A stretch of 36,914 bases of DNA from a virus (IMGVR_UViG_3300025018_000069:1-36914); one strand, 5' to 3'. Positions 1 through 8,838 are shown, counted from the stretch's first letter. Numbers and translations are program-made. The notes: generated from the sequence alone by a model not told the origin.

Positions 1-127
1 CAATGCCAGTCGAAATGAGGGAAACCCACACAGGCCACAACGTCATACTCTACACAATGACACCAGCTAGAGGCATCAGAATGACCAACTTCGACAAACA
101 CGTCAAAGACATAAAACTAGCCCTAGA
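1..127. repeat. Terminal direct repeat (copy 1); assembly overlap indicating a circular/complete genome
   Basis: 1-127 (caatgccagt...ccctaga) is identical to 36788-36914; 127 nt is a typical assembler k-mer length, and the repeat falls inside a CDS. Confidence 0.97.
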
Positions 128-1016
128 AGCCAAGAGTGTGAGAATCCAAGCTCCAATACCAGGAACAGGACTGGTGGGAATAGAAGTAAACCGAGACAAC
201 CAGGGAGTCCTACCATGGACAGATGACCTTCTAGACAAAGGAGAAATGACCATCCCAGCAGGAGTCGACGTATACGGAAAACCACACAAAATCGACCTCA
301 TAGAAGCCCCACACATACTCATCGGAGGAACAACTGGCTCAGGAAAAAGTGTGTTCATGAACACAGTAATCAAAGCCCTCACAAACCAAATGGACCCAGA
401 GGACATGAGAATGATACTAATCGACCCAAAGCGGACAGAGTTCATCGAACACGAAAACCTACCACACCTAGAGGTTCCAGTCATAACAGAAATAAGTAAA
501 GCCTCACTAGCACTAGAGTGGTGTGTAGAAGAAATGGAAAACAGATACCAAAAACTCAAGCAGGCCAGAGTTAAAAACATCAAAAACTACCGTAAAAGCT
601 ACAGAGATATGCCATACATGACAGTAATCGTCGACGAACTCGCAGACATCATGCTCTCAGGAGAACAAAGAGTGATAACTGAAACGACCATCAAAAACAA
701 CAAACCATCAGTAACTACAACGAAACTCAATGAAAGCGACATAGTTAAGGACTCGATTATAAAACTAGCACAGAAGGCCAGAGCAGTTGGAATCCACCTA
801 ATAGTGGCCACACAGCGACCAAGCGTGGACATAATCCCAGGAATCATGAAGGCCAACTTCCCAACACAAGTAGCATTCATGGTCAACAAAAAAGTAGATA
901 GCCAAGTGATACTCGACCAAAATGGAGCCGAGGAACTAATAGGAAAAGGCGACATGCTCTTCGCTAGCCCAGGAACACAAGGATTACAGCGACTACAAGC
1001 CTACTACACGGAGTAA
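3..1016 (+). CDS. C-terminal FtsK/SpoIIIE motor part of the nuclease-FtsK fusion that starts at 35851
   Basis: VRIQAPIPG, PHILIGGTTGSGKS (Walker A), LIDPK, EMENRY, VIVDELAD (Walker B), ARAVGIHLIVATQRPS, GAEELIGKGDML; ends before any gamma domain. ATG at 3 equals the internal Met at 36790. Confidence 0.95.
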   Translation: MPVEMRETHTGHNVILYTMTPARGIRMTNFDKHVKDIKLALEAKSVRIQAPIPGTGLVGIEVNRDNQGVLPWTDDLLDKGEMTIPAGVDVYGKPHKIDLIEAPHILIGGTTGSGKSVFMNTVIKALTNQMDPEDMRMILIDPKRTEFIEHENLPHLEVPVITEISKASLALEWCVEEMENRYQKLKQARVKNIKNYRKSYRDMPYMTVIVDELADIMLSGEQRVITETTIKNNKPSVTTTKLNESDIVKDSIIKLAQKARAVGIHLIVATQRPSVDIIPGIMKANFPTQVAFMVNKKVDSQVILDQNGAEELIGKGDMLFASPGTQGLQRLQAYYTE

Positions 1017-1018
1017 AT

Positions 1019-1099
1019 ATGAACAAAATTAACACCAAAGTACAACTATGGAATACCACCAGTTGTACTAATCCAACCCCCACAGGAAGGAATAACTAA
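1019..1099 (+). CDS. Possible 26-aa peptide (MNKINTKVQLWNTTSCTNPTPTGRNN)
   Basis: Fills the gap after the fusion stop and couples to the next ATG via TAATG; no homology evidence. Confidence 0.3.
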   Translation: MNKINTKVQLWNTTSCTNPTPTGRNN

Positions 1100-1356
1100 T
1101 GCAAATAGATAGAATACTGATGAAAGAACAAGCAGATAGAACCTTCAATAGTATATCTAAAATACACCTCTCTATTCAAGATGAAAGGCTAAGAAACTTG
1201 ATGAAAAAAGATGATGTTTGTGGTCAATGTGGTGGACAACTATCAAGGGATGAACATCCCGACGGTATAGCTGTTGGAAAATGGGAATGCACTGAATGTG
1301 ATTGGTTTCAAGACGATATTATCAACACCAGAATACAGGAAGAATTACTATGGTAA
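1099..1356 (+). CDS. Small zinc-ribbon protein
   Basis: CGQC...CTEC pairs; GGAAGG upstream; more T-rich than the genome norm. Confidence 0.65.
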   Translation: MQIDRILMKEQADRTFNSISKIHLSIQDERLRNLMKKDDVCGQCGGQLSRDEHPDGIAVGKWECTECDWFQDDIINTRIQEELLW

Positions 1357-1775
1357 CTAAAAAACAAATAATGAATTGGGCAAGCATTGGGTTCGGCTCA
1401 GATAAAAATGAGCCTAAAATGTTTGAAGAAAAATTAGACGAACTACTCCACCAATTAGAAACAGAGGTGCGAGATAGAACTCAGGACGAGATTTTCAGAA
1501 CTCTCAAGCAGGACAAAGAGATTAATTCTGTATTACCCCATCCAATTGATGCTATTGAGTTTGTTATGGAACAAAGAGAACTCAATCAAAACGATATGAT
1601 TCCCTATTTTGGGAGCAAATCAAGGGTTTCTGAGGTATTGAATAAAGTCAGACCATTATCAAAATCTATGATTCGTAGACTTATGGCAGGTTTAGAAATA
1701 TTGGCAGAGGTTTTAATTCAAGAGTACGAACTATCCCAACCAAAGGAGGACAACCATGAAAACATGGACGATTAA
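1350..1775 (+). CDS. HigA-like antitoxin / Xre HTH protein (orphan)
   Basis: PIDAIEFVMEQRELNQNDMIPYFGSKSRVSEVLNKVRPLSKSMIRRL...LIQEY closely resembles the HigA C-terminal HTH; likely start is ATG 1350, overlapping the upstream stop. Confidence 0.8.
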   Translation: MVTKKQIMNWASIGFGSDKNEPKMFEEKLDELLHQLETEVRDRTQDEIFRTLKQDKEINSVLPHPIDAIEFVMEQRELNQNDMIPYFGSKSRVSEVLNKVRPLSKSMIRRLMAGLEILAEVLIQEYELSQPKEDNHENMDD

Positions 1776-2523
1776 ATCCACCAGTAACCCAGAAAATACA
1801 TACTCAGTAAGCATGATAACGCCATACCATTGGGAGTGTACCTGCCCAGACTTTACAATGAGACACCACGAGTGTAAGCACATAAAAGGAGTGCAAAAAG
1901 CCTATGACAAAAAAAATAAACAAACTACTCAAAGTAAACCTACTCCAGATAGGAGCCAAACAACCGAGATACCGAGTGACAATCGAGGACATGGACAAGA
2001 ACGAGATATTGTACAGAGTGGAGAGCTTCGCAGGAGTAGTATCGACAATGGAAACCCAACCAGAGTTTCAACAGGAAGTGAGTCTACAGGGAAAAGAGGA
2101 CGTAGCGATAGTAGCACAAGCCCAGAAACTAGCGTGGGGACACCCAGTACTGAGCCTATGGTGCCTGGACCAACTGAAGGAAGCAATCAGACCGAGACTC
2201 AACGAGATAAGGAAATTCGTGAACGAGACGCTGAGCGAAAACTCCAACAGAGAAAATATGAACAATGGCTCCTCAGAGAAACCCCACACTCCAAAGAACT
2301 CCACAAACGACTTAGAGAGCTAGAAAAGAAAATGAGCGAAAACCCAGAAAAGGCCTGGATTTACGACGCACAAATCGCCCCAATAAAAACAGGCATCAGG
2401 AAAATGAACCAACGTGACTGGCAAGCAAAACCACCTTTTAAGACAAACCTACTCAACCTACAACCAGCTAAAAAACACATTAAAGACGACAAAACTGGCG
2501 AAATAATGGCATCACTTGTTTGA
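1756..2523 (+). CDS. SWIM zinc-finger protein with long extension
   Basis: YSV...CTCPDF...CKH SWIM motif at the N-terminus; strong RBS AAGGAGG. Confidence 0.7.
   Translation: MKTWTIKSTSNPENTYSVSMITPYHWECTCPDFTMRHHECKHIKGVQKAYDKKNKQTTQSKPTPDRSQTTEIPSDNRGHGQERDIVQSGELRRSSIDNGNPTRVSTGSESTGKRGRSDSSTSPETSVGTPSTEPMVPGPTEGSNQTETQRDKEIRERDAERKLQQRKYEQWLLRETPHSKELHKRLRELEKKMSENPEKAWIYDAQIAPIKTGIRKMNQRDWQAKPPFKTNLLNLQPAKKHIKDDKTGEIMASLV
1904..2323 (+). CDS. Hypothetical protein nested in another frame of the SWIM ORF
   Basis: Globular-looking sequence (RYRVTIEDMDKNEILYRVESFAGVV); AGGAG about 12 nt upstream; the overlapping frame is low-complexity S/T/P/G here. Confidence 0.6.
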   Translation: MTKKINKLLKVNLLQIGAKQPRYRVTIEDMDKNEILYRVESFAGVVSTMETQPEFQQEVSLQGKEDVAIVAQAQKLAWGHPVLSLWCLDQLKEAIRPRLNEIRKFVNETLSENSNRENMNNGSSEKPHTPKNSTNDLES

Positions 2524-2543
2524 GGCTAGACACCTAGTCATTT

Positions 2544-2559
2544 TTATGTAATTATATAA
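2544..2559. promoter_or_regulatory. 16-bp near-palindromic motif TTATGTAATTATATAA (operator/promoter element)
   Basis: One of five copies; preceded by CTAGACA at 2526; immediately before ATG 2562. Confidence 0.65.
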
Positions 2560-2561
2560 AT

Positions 2562-3065
2562 ATGAAAAGAATAATTGCAGCAACCATAGCACTAGGAATA
2601 CTCATAGGAACAAGGGTAAATAACCAAGCTCCAGAGTACGTCACAGTAAACTTTGAAAACAATCACTACATAGTAGAGGAAGCCAGCCCATCAGCAGAAA
2701 TTGTGCCAATAGCACATGCACAAGAACCAAATGAAACCCACAAAGAAGAATCGAACCCAGACATTGAAAAAATGCTAACCTACATCCACGGAGCAGAAAG
2801 CACCTACGGCAGAAATACCAACCCCAACGCTCTTCACAACATATGTGCAGCTAAAGGAGAATGGAACGAACTCGGATACGGCGGCATGGCACTCAAAATC
2901 TGCTTTGAAAGCGAGGAAGCAGGAATGGCTAAGGTAAGAGACTGGCTCACGAGAAAACTGAAACAATTTGAAGGAGACGAAGCCAAAACGCTTTGCCACT
3001 ACAACCTAGGCGGAGAACACGTCAACTGTAAATATTATCAAAACTACATAGGAGGGGAAATCTAA
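2562..3065 (+). CDS. Membrane-anchored/secreted lysozyme-like (SLT/glucosaminidase-like) protein
   Basis: N-terminal hydrophobic helix; IHGAESTYG (catalytic Glu-Ser) and HYNLG (YNxG) motifs typical of the lysozyme-like fold. Confidence 0.6.
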   Translation: MKRIIAATIALGILIGTRVNNQAPEYVTVNFENNHYIVEEASPSAEIVPIAHAQEPNETHKEESNPDIEKMLTYIHGAESTYGRNTNPNALHNICAAKGEWNELGYGGMALKICFESEEAGMAKVRDWLTRKLKQFEGDEAKTLCHYNLGGEHVNCKYYQNYIGGEI

Positions 3066-3401
3066 ATGCCTACACTATATGCACACGACCCAGCAAAACG
3101 AAAGAAAATTAAAGTCGGCGAGGTCATAGGAACAGCAGTGATAATCGAAAAAAACAGTAAAAAGCACTTCATGCGAGTAGTTGATGGATACGGAATCCAA
3201 AAAGAAGCAATCACACTTCTAGATGAAGCTGGAGTGAAAGAAGTCAGAATACACGAGACCGACACAGGACTATACTGGAAATCAGACCTGAGCGACTGGA
3301 GACTATTCGGCAGACTAGCAGACTACGGTAACGGCAAACAATGGTTCCTATCAATGAAATACATGAAGCAGTACAAACCTAAAATGGACACCATAAAATG
3401 A
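3066..3401 (+). CDS. Hypothetical phage protein
   Basis: RBS GGAGG; tight packing with neighbours. Confidence 0.75.
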   Translation: MPTLYAHDPAKRKKIKVGEVIGTAVIIEKNSKKHFMRVVDGYGIQKEAITLLDEAGVKEVRIHETDTGLYWKSDLSDWRLFGRLADYGNGKQWFLSMKYMKQYKPKMDTIK

Positions 3402-3661
3402 TAAAAACAAACCTCCATTTAATCAACTGGGCATCTGGAGACCACACGGGAGCATCTTCAAAAGCCATTTTAAGGTTTATGATGGGACTAGAACCAAACC
3501 ATTGGGGATACATGCCGCCATCAGACAAAGAAGATAGAGTCAGGTGCATTAAACTGCTTAGAATAGAACCAGAGTTTTTCGCAAGACTCTCAGAAATGAG
3601 AACATTATCAAAAGAATGGAATGAACAAATAGACCTCATTCTAGAAGAAATACAGGAGTAA
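3398..3661 (+). CDS. Conserved hypothetical phage protein
   Basis: ATGA overlap; W..G.TG.SSK.I...PSD..D..RC..LL pattern recalled from small phage proteins. Confidence 0.7.
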   Translation: MIKTNLHLINWASGDHTGASSKAILRFMMGLEPNHWGYMPPSDKEDRVRCIKLLRIEPEFFARLSEMRTLSKEWNEQIDLILEEIQE

Positions 3662-3663
3662 TT

Positions 3664-3924
3664 ATGACAGTACAAGAACGACGAGTAAAAGTAATCGAGA
3701 AAATCCTCGAAGACACAATTAATGACCAAGTGGCCATGGAAGTGGGAGTTGAAATCAAAACAAACATGCTCCTGACCATGGGAGACCACCCACAAGCACC
3801 ACAGGTAGAACAAGCTATTCAACAGGAAAAGTTTGCACTCGCAGAACAACCAAAAGTGATAGCCATACTTCAGAAAAAACTAGAGGAAGCCCAAAATGCA
3901 GTTCTACGTGGAAATGCTAGCTAA
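3664..3924 (+). CDS. Hypothetical helical protein
   Basis: RBS AGGAG; coiled-coil-like composition. Confidence 0.7.
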   Translation: MTVQERRVKVIEKILEDTINDQVAMEVGVEIKTNMLLTMGDHPQAPQVEQAIQQEKFALAEQPKVIAILQKKLEEAQNAVLRGNAS

Positions 3925-4126
3925 AGTCTACGAGATGAACCAGCCAGAGCATCGTCTAGAGTTAAGAAAAGATTTGCATGAAGTTGGATTTTTCGACTTC
4001 AAAGAAAATGAGATATACTGGAAACTACTAGAAAAATCTAAGGTAGACCCACCAGAAGCAGAAGACTTTGCAAAAGCGGTACAGATATACAACCACGTGT
4101 TTCTAAGAAAAGGAGTAATCAACTAA
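3896..4126 (+). CDS. Hypothetical protein
   Basis: GAGG RBS; TAATG-coupled to rusA. Confidence 0.65.
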   Translation: MQFYVEMLAKVYEMNQPEHRLELRKDLHEVGFFDFKENEIYWKLLEKSKVDPPEAEDFAKAVQIYNHVFLRKGVIN

Positions 4127-4626
4127 TGTTCATAAAAGTAGCACCAGTATCTAAACCAAGAATGACTCAACAGGACAAGTGGAAACAGCGTCCAGTTGTC
4201 ATGAAGTACCGAGCATACAAAGACCAAATTAGAGAGAGTGTTAGTAAATCATTTGAAGAATCTCAAGTAGTCCACTGGCTTGTTTTTGTCGTTGAAATGC
4301 CAAAAAGCTGGTCTAATAAAAAAAGGGCTCAAATGGACGGCCAACCACATCAACAGAGACCAGACATTGATAACTTCATAAAAGGCTATTTTGACGCCAT
4401 TGCGGAGGAAGACAGCCATATATATGAGGTCCACGCACTCAAGGTTTGGGGAACAAAACCAGGTATTTACTTAGGAGTAGACGACTATGCCAGCATATCC
4501 AAAACCATCAAAAAAGAAGAAAAGCGACAGAGTCCAGAGCAAAAACAGGAAAAACTGCTTGCAAGACTTGGAAGACAGGGAAATCCACGGTTGCGAGGTG
4601 TGTCTCCTAGAATACGAAGAAGGTAA
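4126..4626 (+). CDS. rusA: RusA-family Holliday junction resolvase
   Basis: PVSKPRMTQQDKWKQRP N-terminus and RPDIDNFIKGYFDA...EDSHI catalytic motif. Confidence 0.9.
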   Translation: MFIKVAPVSKPRMTQQDKWKQRPVVMKYRAYKDQIRESVSKSFEESQVVHWLVFVVEMPKSWSNKKRAQMDGQPHQQRPDIDNFIKGYFDAIAEEDSHIYEVHALKVWGTKPGIYLGVDDYASISKTIKKEEKRQSPEQKQEKLLARLGRQGNPRLRGVSPRIRRR

Positions 4627-4852
4627 GCGTACAGCCCCAAATAAAGGCTGTTGGCCACTAGACCCAGCACATCGCCACGAAAGAGATATATACTTTGAAG
4701 GCGACAGAAACGGCGAACAACTCTGGACAGTAAACCAAGTAATAATAGCAGGAAGGGCTCATCATAAAGAACTCGACTACCCGACCAACAGGGCATACCG
4801 AGAAGCAGTCTTTCAAAAGTTGAGAGGCAAGGATGAACTCAAAAACATATGA
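4487..4852 (+). CDS. Degenerate HNH/zinc-binding nuclease-like protein
   Basis: CEVC...LDPAHRH...GRAHH pattern; AGGAG RBS; overlaps the rusA tail by 140 nt. Confidence 0.55.
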   Translation: MPAYPKPSKKKKSDRVQSKNRKNCLQDLEDREIHGCEVCLLEYEEGKRTAPNKGCWPLDPAHRHERDIYFEGDRNGEQLWTVNQVIIAGRAHHKELDYPTNRAYREAVFQKLRGKDELKNI

Positions 4853-5120
4853 AACTACAAGTAAAAAGTTTACAAACAGCTACGAAGCAGCATACTACCT
4901 CATGTGTGGTGCAGAAATTGTCGAAGTTACCTCCAAAAAACTGTCTTATCATCAGTCGAAAAAAAGAGGGCTCAGATACCAATGGGTTTTTAGAATGGAT
5001 AACATCCCAACAAATTGCATTAGCGATTGGAGTAGTCATAAAGCAGTGGGCTCGCTCAGAGAGTTCGCAGAAGCAAGAATTAAGGTAAAACAAAAAGTCA
5101 AGCAATTATTGAAATACTAA
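4833..5120 (+). CDS. Hypothetical protein
   Basis: ORF in the operon, AAGG upstream; basic C-terminus. Confidence 0.65.
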   Translation: MNSKTYETTSKKFTNSYEAAYYLMCGAEIVEVTSKKLSYHQSKKRGLRYQWVFRMDNIPTNCISDWSSHKAVGSLREFAEARIKVKQKVKQLLKY

Positions 5121-5130
5121 AGGAATAAAC

Positions 5131-6426
5131 ATGCAAATCGAAACCAGGAAACTAACAGAATTAGTACCATACCCACGCAACCCTCGTGAAATATCAAAAG
5201 AAGCCTACCAAGACCTTAAGAGTAAAATTAAACGCTGGGGACAAATCGGAGCATTATTGATTGACGGCAGAGACAACGTAACCATTCTAGGTGGAAACCA
5301 CGCTTTCGAAGCAATGAAAGACCTTGGTCACACAGAAGCTAAAGTCGAATACAGAACACCAAAAAACGACGCAGAAGCCCTGGAACTAGTAATTCTACAC
5401 AATGAGAAGTTTGCCAGCTGGATATCACAAGACCTAGCGGAACTAGTCCACGAATATAGAGGCCAGATAGACCTAGAAGCCTACACAATCGATTTAGGCA
5501 AGGGTACAAGGATAGACAAAGTTCTAGCCCGTTATGGGGAAACTGAGGAGGACGAATTCGACCAAACACTCCCAGAAGACCCAGAAAGTAAGTTCGGAGA
5601 AGTCTACCAACTAGGACGACATCGCCTAATGTGCGGAGACTCAACCAACCCACACCACATTGCACAACTCATGGGAGAAGAAAAAGCTAACCTCATTGTA
5701 ACCGACCCACCATACGGCATCAGCTACACAGGCAACCCAACAGGAAAAGAATGGGCAATGATTGCCAATGACGACAAAACAGGTAGCGAACTCATGGACT
5801 TCCTCTATGCTGCATTCTCAGCAATCTCACAACACACTATCGAGAACTGCCCAGCCTACGTCTACCACGCAGCCAGTACACAACCAGAGTTCATGCAAGC
5901 ACTAAAAGAAGCAGGATTTTTCTTCAAACAGCAAATCATTTGGCACAAATCAATGGTCCTAGGAATGAGCCACTACCACTGGGAACACGAGCCAGTAATA
6001 TACTGCAGTCTAGGAAACGGAACAGTCCCATTCTACGGAGACAGAACCGACAAAACAGTCATCAGTGTACTAGACTACAAAGACCTCGACAAACTGACTA
6101 AAGAGGGAGCAGTCAACCTACTAAAAGCACTAAAATCAAGAACCACCATCTTCTATCAAACCCAACGAGGACAAGAATACGAACACCCTACCCAGAAACC
6201 AGTAGGAGCAATCGCCCCATTCATTAAAAACAGCAGTAGGCCAGATGAAATAGTGGTCGACCTATTCACAGGCTCAGGAACAACCCTAATGGCCGCACAG
6301 CAACTGGATAGACAAGCACGATGCATGGAGTTCAGCCCAGCATACTGCGACGTCATACGCAAAAGATACGCAAAAATGGTGGGAGAAGAACACCAATGGA
6401 TGGAGTTGACAAAAGCGGTTAAGTAA
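5131..6426 (+). CDS. ParB-like N-domain + N6/N4 DNA methyltransferase (beta class)
   Basis: LVPYPRNPR/GGNH ParB-like N-terminus; HRLMCGDST, VTDPPYG, HPTQKPV, DLFTGSGTT. Confidence 0.93.
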   Translation: MQIETRKLTELVPYPRNPREISKEAYQDLKSKIKRWGQIGALLIDGRDNVTILGGNHAFEAMKDLGHTEAKVEYRTPKNDAEALELVILHNEKFASWISQDLAELVHEYRGQIDLEAYTIDLGKGTRIDKVLARYGETEEDEFDQTLPEDPESKFGEVYQLGRHRLMCGDSTNPHHIAQLMGEEKANLIVTDPPYGISYTGNPTGKEWAMIANDDKTGSELMDFLYAAFSAISQHTIENCPAYVYHAASTQPEFMQALKEAGFFFKQQIIWHKSMVLGMSHYHWEHEPVIYCSLGNGTVPFYGDRTDKTVISVLDYKDLDKLTKEGAVNLLKALKSRTTIFYQTQRGQEYEHPTQKPVGAIAPFIKNSSRPDEIVVDLFTGSGTTLMAAQQLDRQARCMEFSPAYCDVIRKRYAKMVGEEHQWMELTKAVK

Positions 6427-6442
6427 CTATATAATTAAATAA
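6406..6442 (+). promoter_or_regulatory. sigma70-type promoter overlapped by the 16-bp motif
   Basis: TTGACA(6406)-18 bp-TATAAT(6430); CTATATAATTAAATAA at 6427-6442. Confidence 0.8.
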
Positions 6443-6444
6443 TA

Positions 6445-6603
6445 ATGTCTAAGAAACCTAAAAAAGTAATCACTACCACATATCTGCTAGAAACCACAGC
6501 AAAAAAGCTGAAGGTATACGCTGCAAAAACAAACAGAAGCATGTCTGATGTTATGGATAAAGCGGTCAAAGATTACATAAAACCAGCCGCAGCCAGAAGT
6601 TAA
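6445..6603 (+). CDS. Ribbon-helix-helix (CopG/Arc-like) regulator, 52 aa; not in the ORF track
   Basis: MSKKPKKVITTTYLLETTAKKLKVYAAKTNRSMSDVMDKAVKDYIKPAAARS: beta strand (TTTYL), helix A, turn (RSMS), helix B; nearly leaderless. Confidence 0.8.
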   Translation: MSKKPKKVITTTYLLETTAKKLKVYAAKTNRSMSDVMDKAVKDYIKPAAARS

Positions 6604-6627
6604 AAATTAGAATCCAAAGGAACATTT

Positions 6628-8232
6628 ATGGGACCAATGACGCCAAAACAAATCATTTTCGGAGAAGAAGCTCGTGAAAAACTACTTGCAGGAGTTGACA
6701 AGATAGGTAGAGCAGTAACAACAACACTCTCCCCAAAAGGTAGAAATGTCGCACTGGGACAAATGTTTAACCAAACACCAAAAGTAATCCACGACGGAGT
6801 ATCAGTAGCTAAAGAAATCGTCCTACCAGACCCATTCGAAAACATGGGTGCATTACTGGCCAAAGAAGCTGCAGAAAAAACAAACGATGCAGTCGGAGAC
6901 GGAACTACCACAGCAATCCTACTAACACAGCAAATAACTTCTAAGGGAATGAAGCAGATTAACAACGGCATCAACCCAATGTTCATGAAGAACGGAATTG
7001 ATAAAGCTGTCAAAGCAGTAACCACTGAAATCAACAGACTAGCAAAACCACTTCAGAGAGCAGACTGGGAGAAGGTAGCAACCATATCAGCCCAAAACCC
7101 AATGATTGGTAAGAAAATCGTAGAAGCACTCGAACTCGTCGGAAACAACGGAGTAATCGAGGTCAAAGAGGGTAAATCTACAGACATCACTATCGAACAC
7201 AAGGAAGGCATGACCTACGGCGGAGGATACATCTCTCCATTCTTCTGTAAATCACCACAGGACCTAGAGGTGGAAATCAGCGACACCAACATCCTAATCA
7301 CCGATAACAGAATCAGTAAGTTCGAAGACTTCATGCCACTACTAGAAAAGCTATCACCAGTAAGCAAAAAGCTGGTAATCATCGCCGAAGAAGTAAGAGA
7401 CGAAGCCCTCCAGGGAATGGTAATGAACAAACTCAGAGGACTCCTAGACGTTGCCATCGTCAGGGCTCCGTTCTACGGCCAAAGACGCAGAGACATGCTC
7501 GAAGACATCGCAGTCCTAACAGGTGGAAAAGTAGTAACCGAAACAAAAGGACTCTCACTAAGCGACCCAGAAATCATGACCTACCTAGGAAAAGCTGAAA
7601 CAGTCAGAGCAGACAAACACAGCACCTCAATCATCGGAGGCAAGGGAGACGAGAAGGACATCGCAGCTCACGTGGCCAAAGTAACCAAAGAAAAGAAACA
7701 AGCTAAACTCGCTCACGAAAAAGAAGCAACCACACTGAGACTAGCAAAACTCACAGGTGGAGTAGCAGTCATCATGGTGGGAGCAGACTCAGAGTCAGAA
7801 ATGAAGAATCTCAAGGAAAGAGTGATTGACGCCAAAGGTGCAACTCAAGCAGCTATCAGCTCAGGAATCGTCCCAGGAGGAGCTATCACACTCATTAAAG
7901 CAGTAAAGGTCCTACACAAAGTTAAAGCCGAAAATGCCGACGAACAAGCAGGAATTGACCTCATCAGAGACATAGCAACCGAACCATTACTGCTCCTAGC
8001 CAAAAACTCAGGAGTACAACACCCAGAACACATGCTCTACCAAATACAGGAAAAAGACGACGCCAACTACGGATATAACGTAATGACAGGCGAGTATGGA
8101 GATATGATTGAAATGGGAATCATCGAACCAGCACTCCTTGCAGTAAGCTCACTCAAATACGCAGCAAGTGCAGCAAGTATGATTCTAACAACCGACTGCC
8201 TAGTAAACGATATGCCAGAGGAGAAGAAATGA
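6628..8232 (+). CDS. groEL: Chaperonin GroEL (Cpn60)
   Basis: TTLSPKGRNV, HDGVSVAKEI, VGDGTTTA, APFYGQRRRDMLEDIAVLTGG, RLAKLTGGVAVI, GIVPGG; lacks the GGM tail. Confidence 0.97.
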   Translation: MGPMTPKQIIFGEEAREKLLAGVDKIGRAVTTTLSPKGRNVALGQMFNQTPKVIHDGVSVAKEIVLPDPFENMGALLAKEAAEKTNDAVGDGTTTAILLTQQITSKGMKQINNGINPMFMKNGIDKAVKAVTTEINRLAKPLQRADWEKVATISAQNPMIGKKIVEALELVGNNGVIEVKEGKSTDITIEHKEGMTYGGGYISPFFCKSPQDLEVEISDTNILITDNRISKFEDFMPLLEKLSPVSKKLVIIAEEVRDEALQGMVMNKLRGLLDVAIVRAPFYGQRRRDMLEDIAVLTGGKVVTETKGLSLSDPEIMTYLGKAETVRADKHSTSIIGGKGDEKDIAAHVAKVTKEKKQAKLAHEKEATTLRLAKLTGGVAVIMVGADSESEMKNLKERVIDAKGATQAAISSGIVPGGAITLIKAVKVLHKVKAENADEQAGIDLIRDIATEPLLLLAKNSGVQHPEHMLYQIQEKDDANYGYNVMTGEYGDMIEMGIIEPALLAVSSLKYAASAASMILTTDCLVNDMPEEKK

Positions 8233-8822
8233 CCAAACAATTAAACTCACACCAATTCGAAGAAGTGTATAAAGACCTAAAAATCGACCTAGACGAACTA
8301 GGATGCATCATGGCCAACATACAACCACTAGTAAGTATGGAAGAACCAGACGAAGTAACAGAAGCAGGAATAACACGCCATCTTTACAAATCACCAAACC
8401 CAAAGCGTAAATGGATAAACGGATGGGTTGTGGGAAAAACCGCTCACGTAACACTGTTGTACGGACTTTTAGAGAACGGCCACACATGGAAAAAACAAGT
8501 AGACACAGTGCTTAAAGACTGGGAAATGAAGACAGTGGAAATCGACCACATAGATTACTTTGATAGTCAGTATGATGACGAACCATACTACTGCGTCGTA
8601 GCCCACATCAAAGTAACCGACAAACTCCAGGAAGCAAACGACAGACTCCAGTTTCTCCCACACATTAACACATTCGCAGGGTATAAACCCCACATGACAA
8701 TTTGCTATATCAAGAAGGATAAGAAGACTCTAGACAGTTTTCTCAAGTGGATGAACAGAGCCTGGAAGGGTAAGAGACTAAAAGTAGAGGACAAGCTCAA
8801 CTATGGATATGCACCTAAATAG
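8229..8822 (+). CDS. acb1: Acb1-like (T4 gp57B-type) 2H phosphoesterase, anti-CBASS nuclease
   Basis: Two HxT motifs in Acb1-like context: AHVTLLYGL and YKPHMTICY; N-terminal GCIM; ATGA-coupled to groEL. Confidence 0.8.
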   Translation: MTKQLNSHQFEEVYKDLKIDLDELGCIMANIQPLVSMEEPDEVTEAGITRHLYKSPNPKRKWINGWVVGKTAHVTLLYGLLENGHTWKKQVDTVLKDWEMKTVEIDHIDYFDSQYDDEPYYCVVAHIKVTDKLQEANDRLQFLPHINTFAGYKPHMTICYIKKDKKTLDSFLKWMNRAWKGKRLKVEDKLNYGYAPK

Positions 8823-8838
8823 CAAACTCATTGCAATA

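Noticed and set aside
1-127. Biological terminal repeats or att sites
   Set aside because: Exactly 127 nt and inside a CDS, so best explained as assembler overlap
3-1016. Stand-alone ftsK starting at position 3, or a host-chromosome fragment
   Set aside because: The ATG is an internal Met of the ORF starting at 35851; codon style matches the phage
5131-5450. ParB partition system / phage-plasmid lifestyle
   Set aside because: The ParB-like domain is the usual N-terminus of this MTase family; no ParA or plasmid Rep seen
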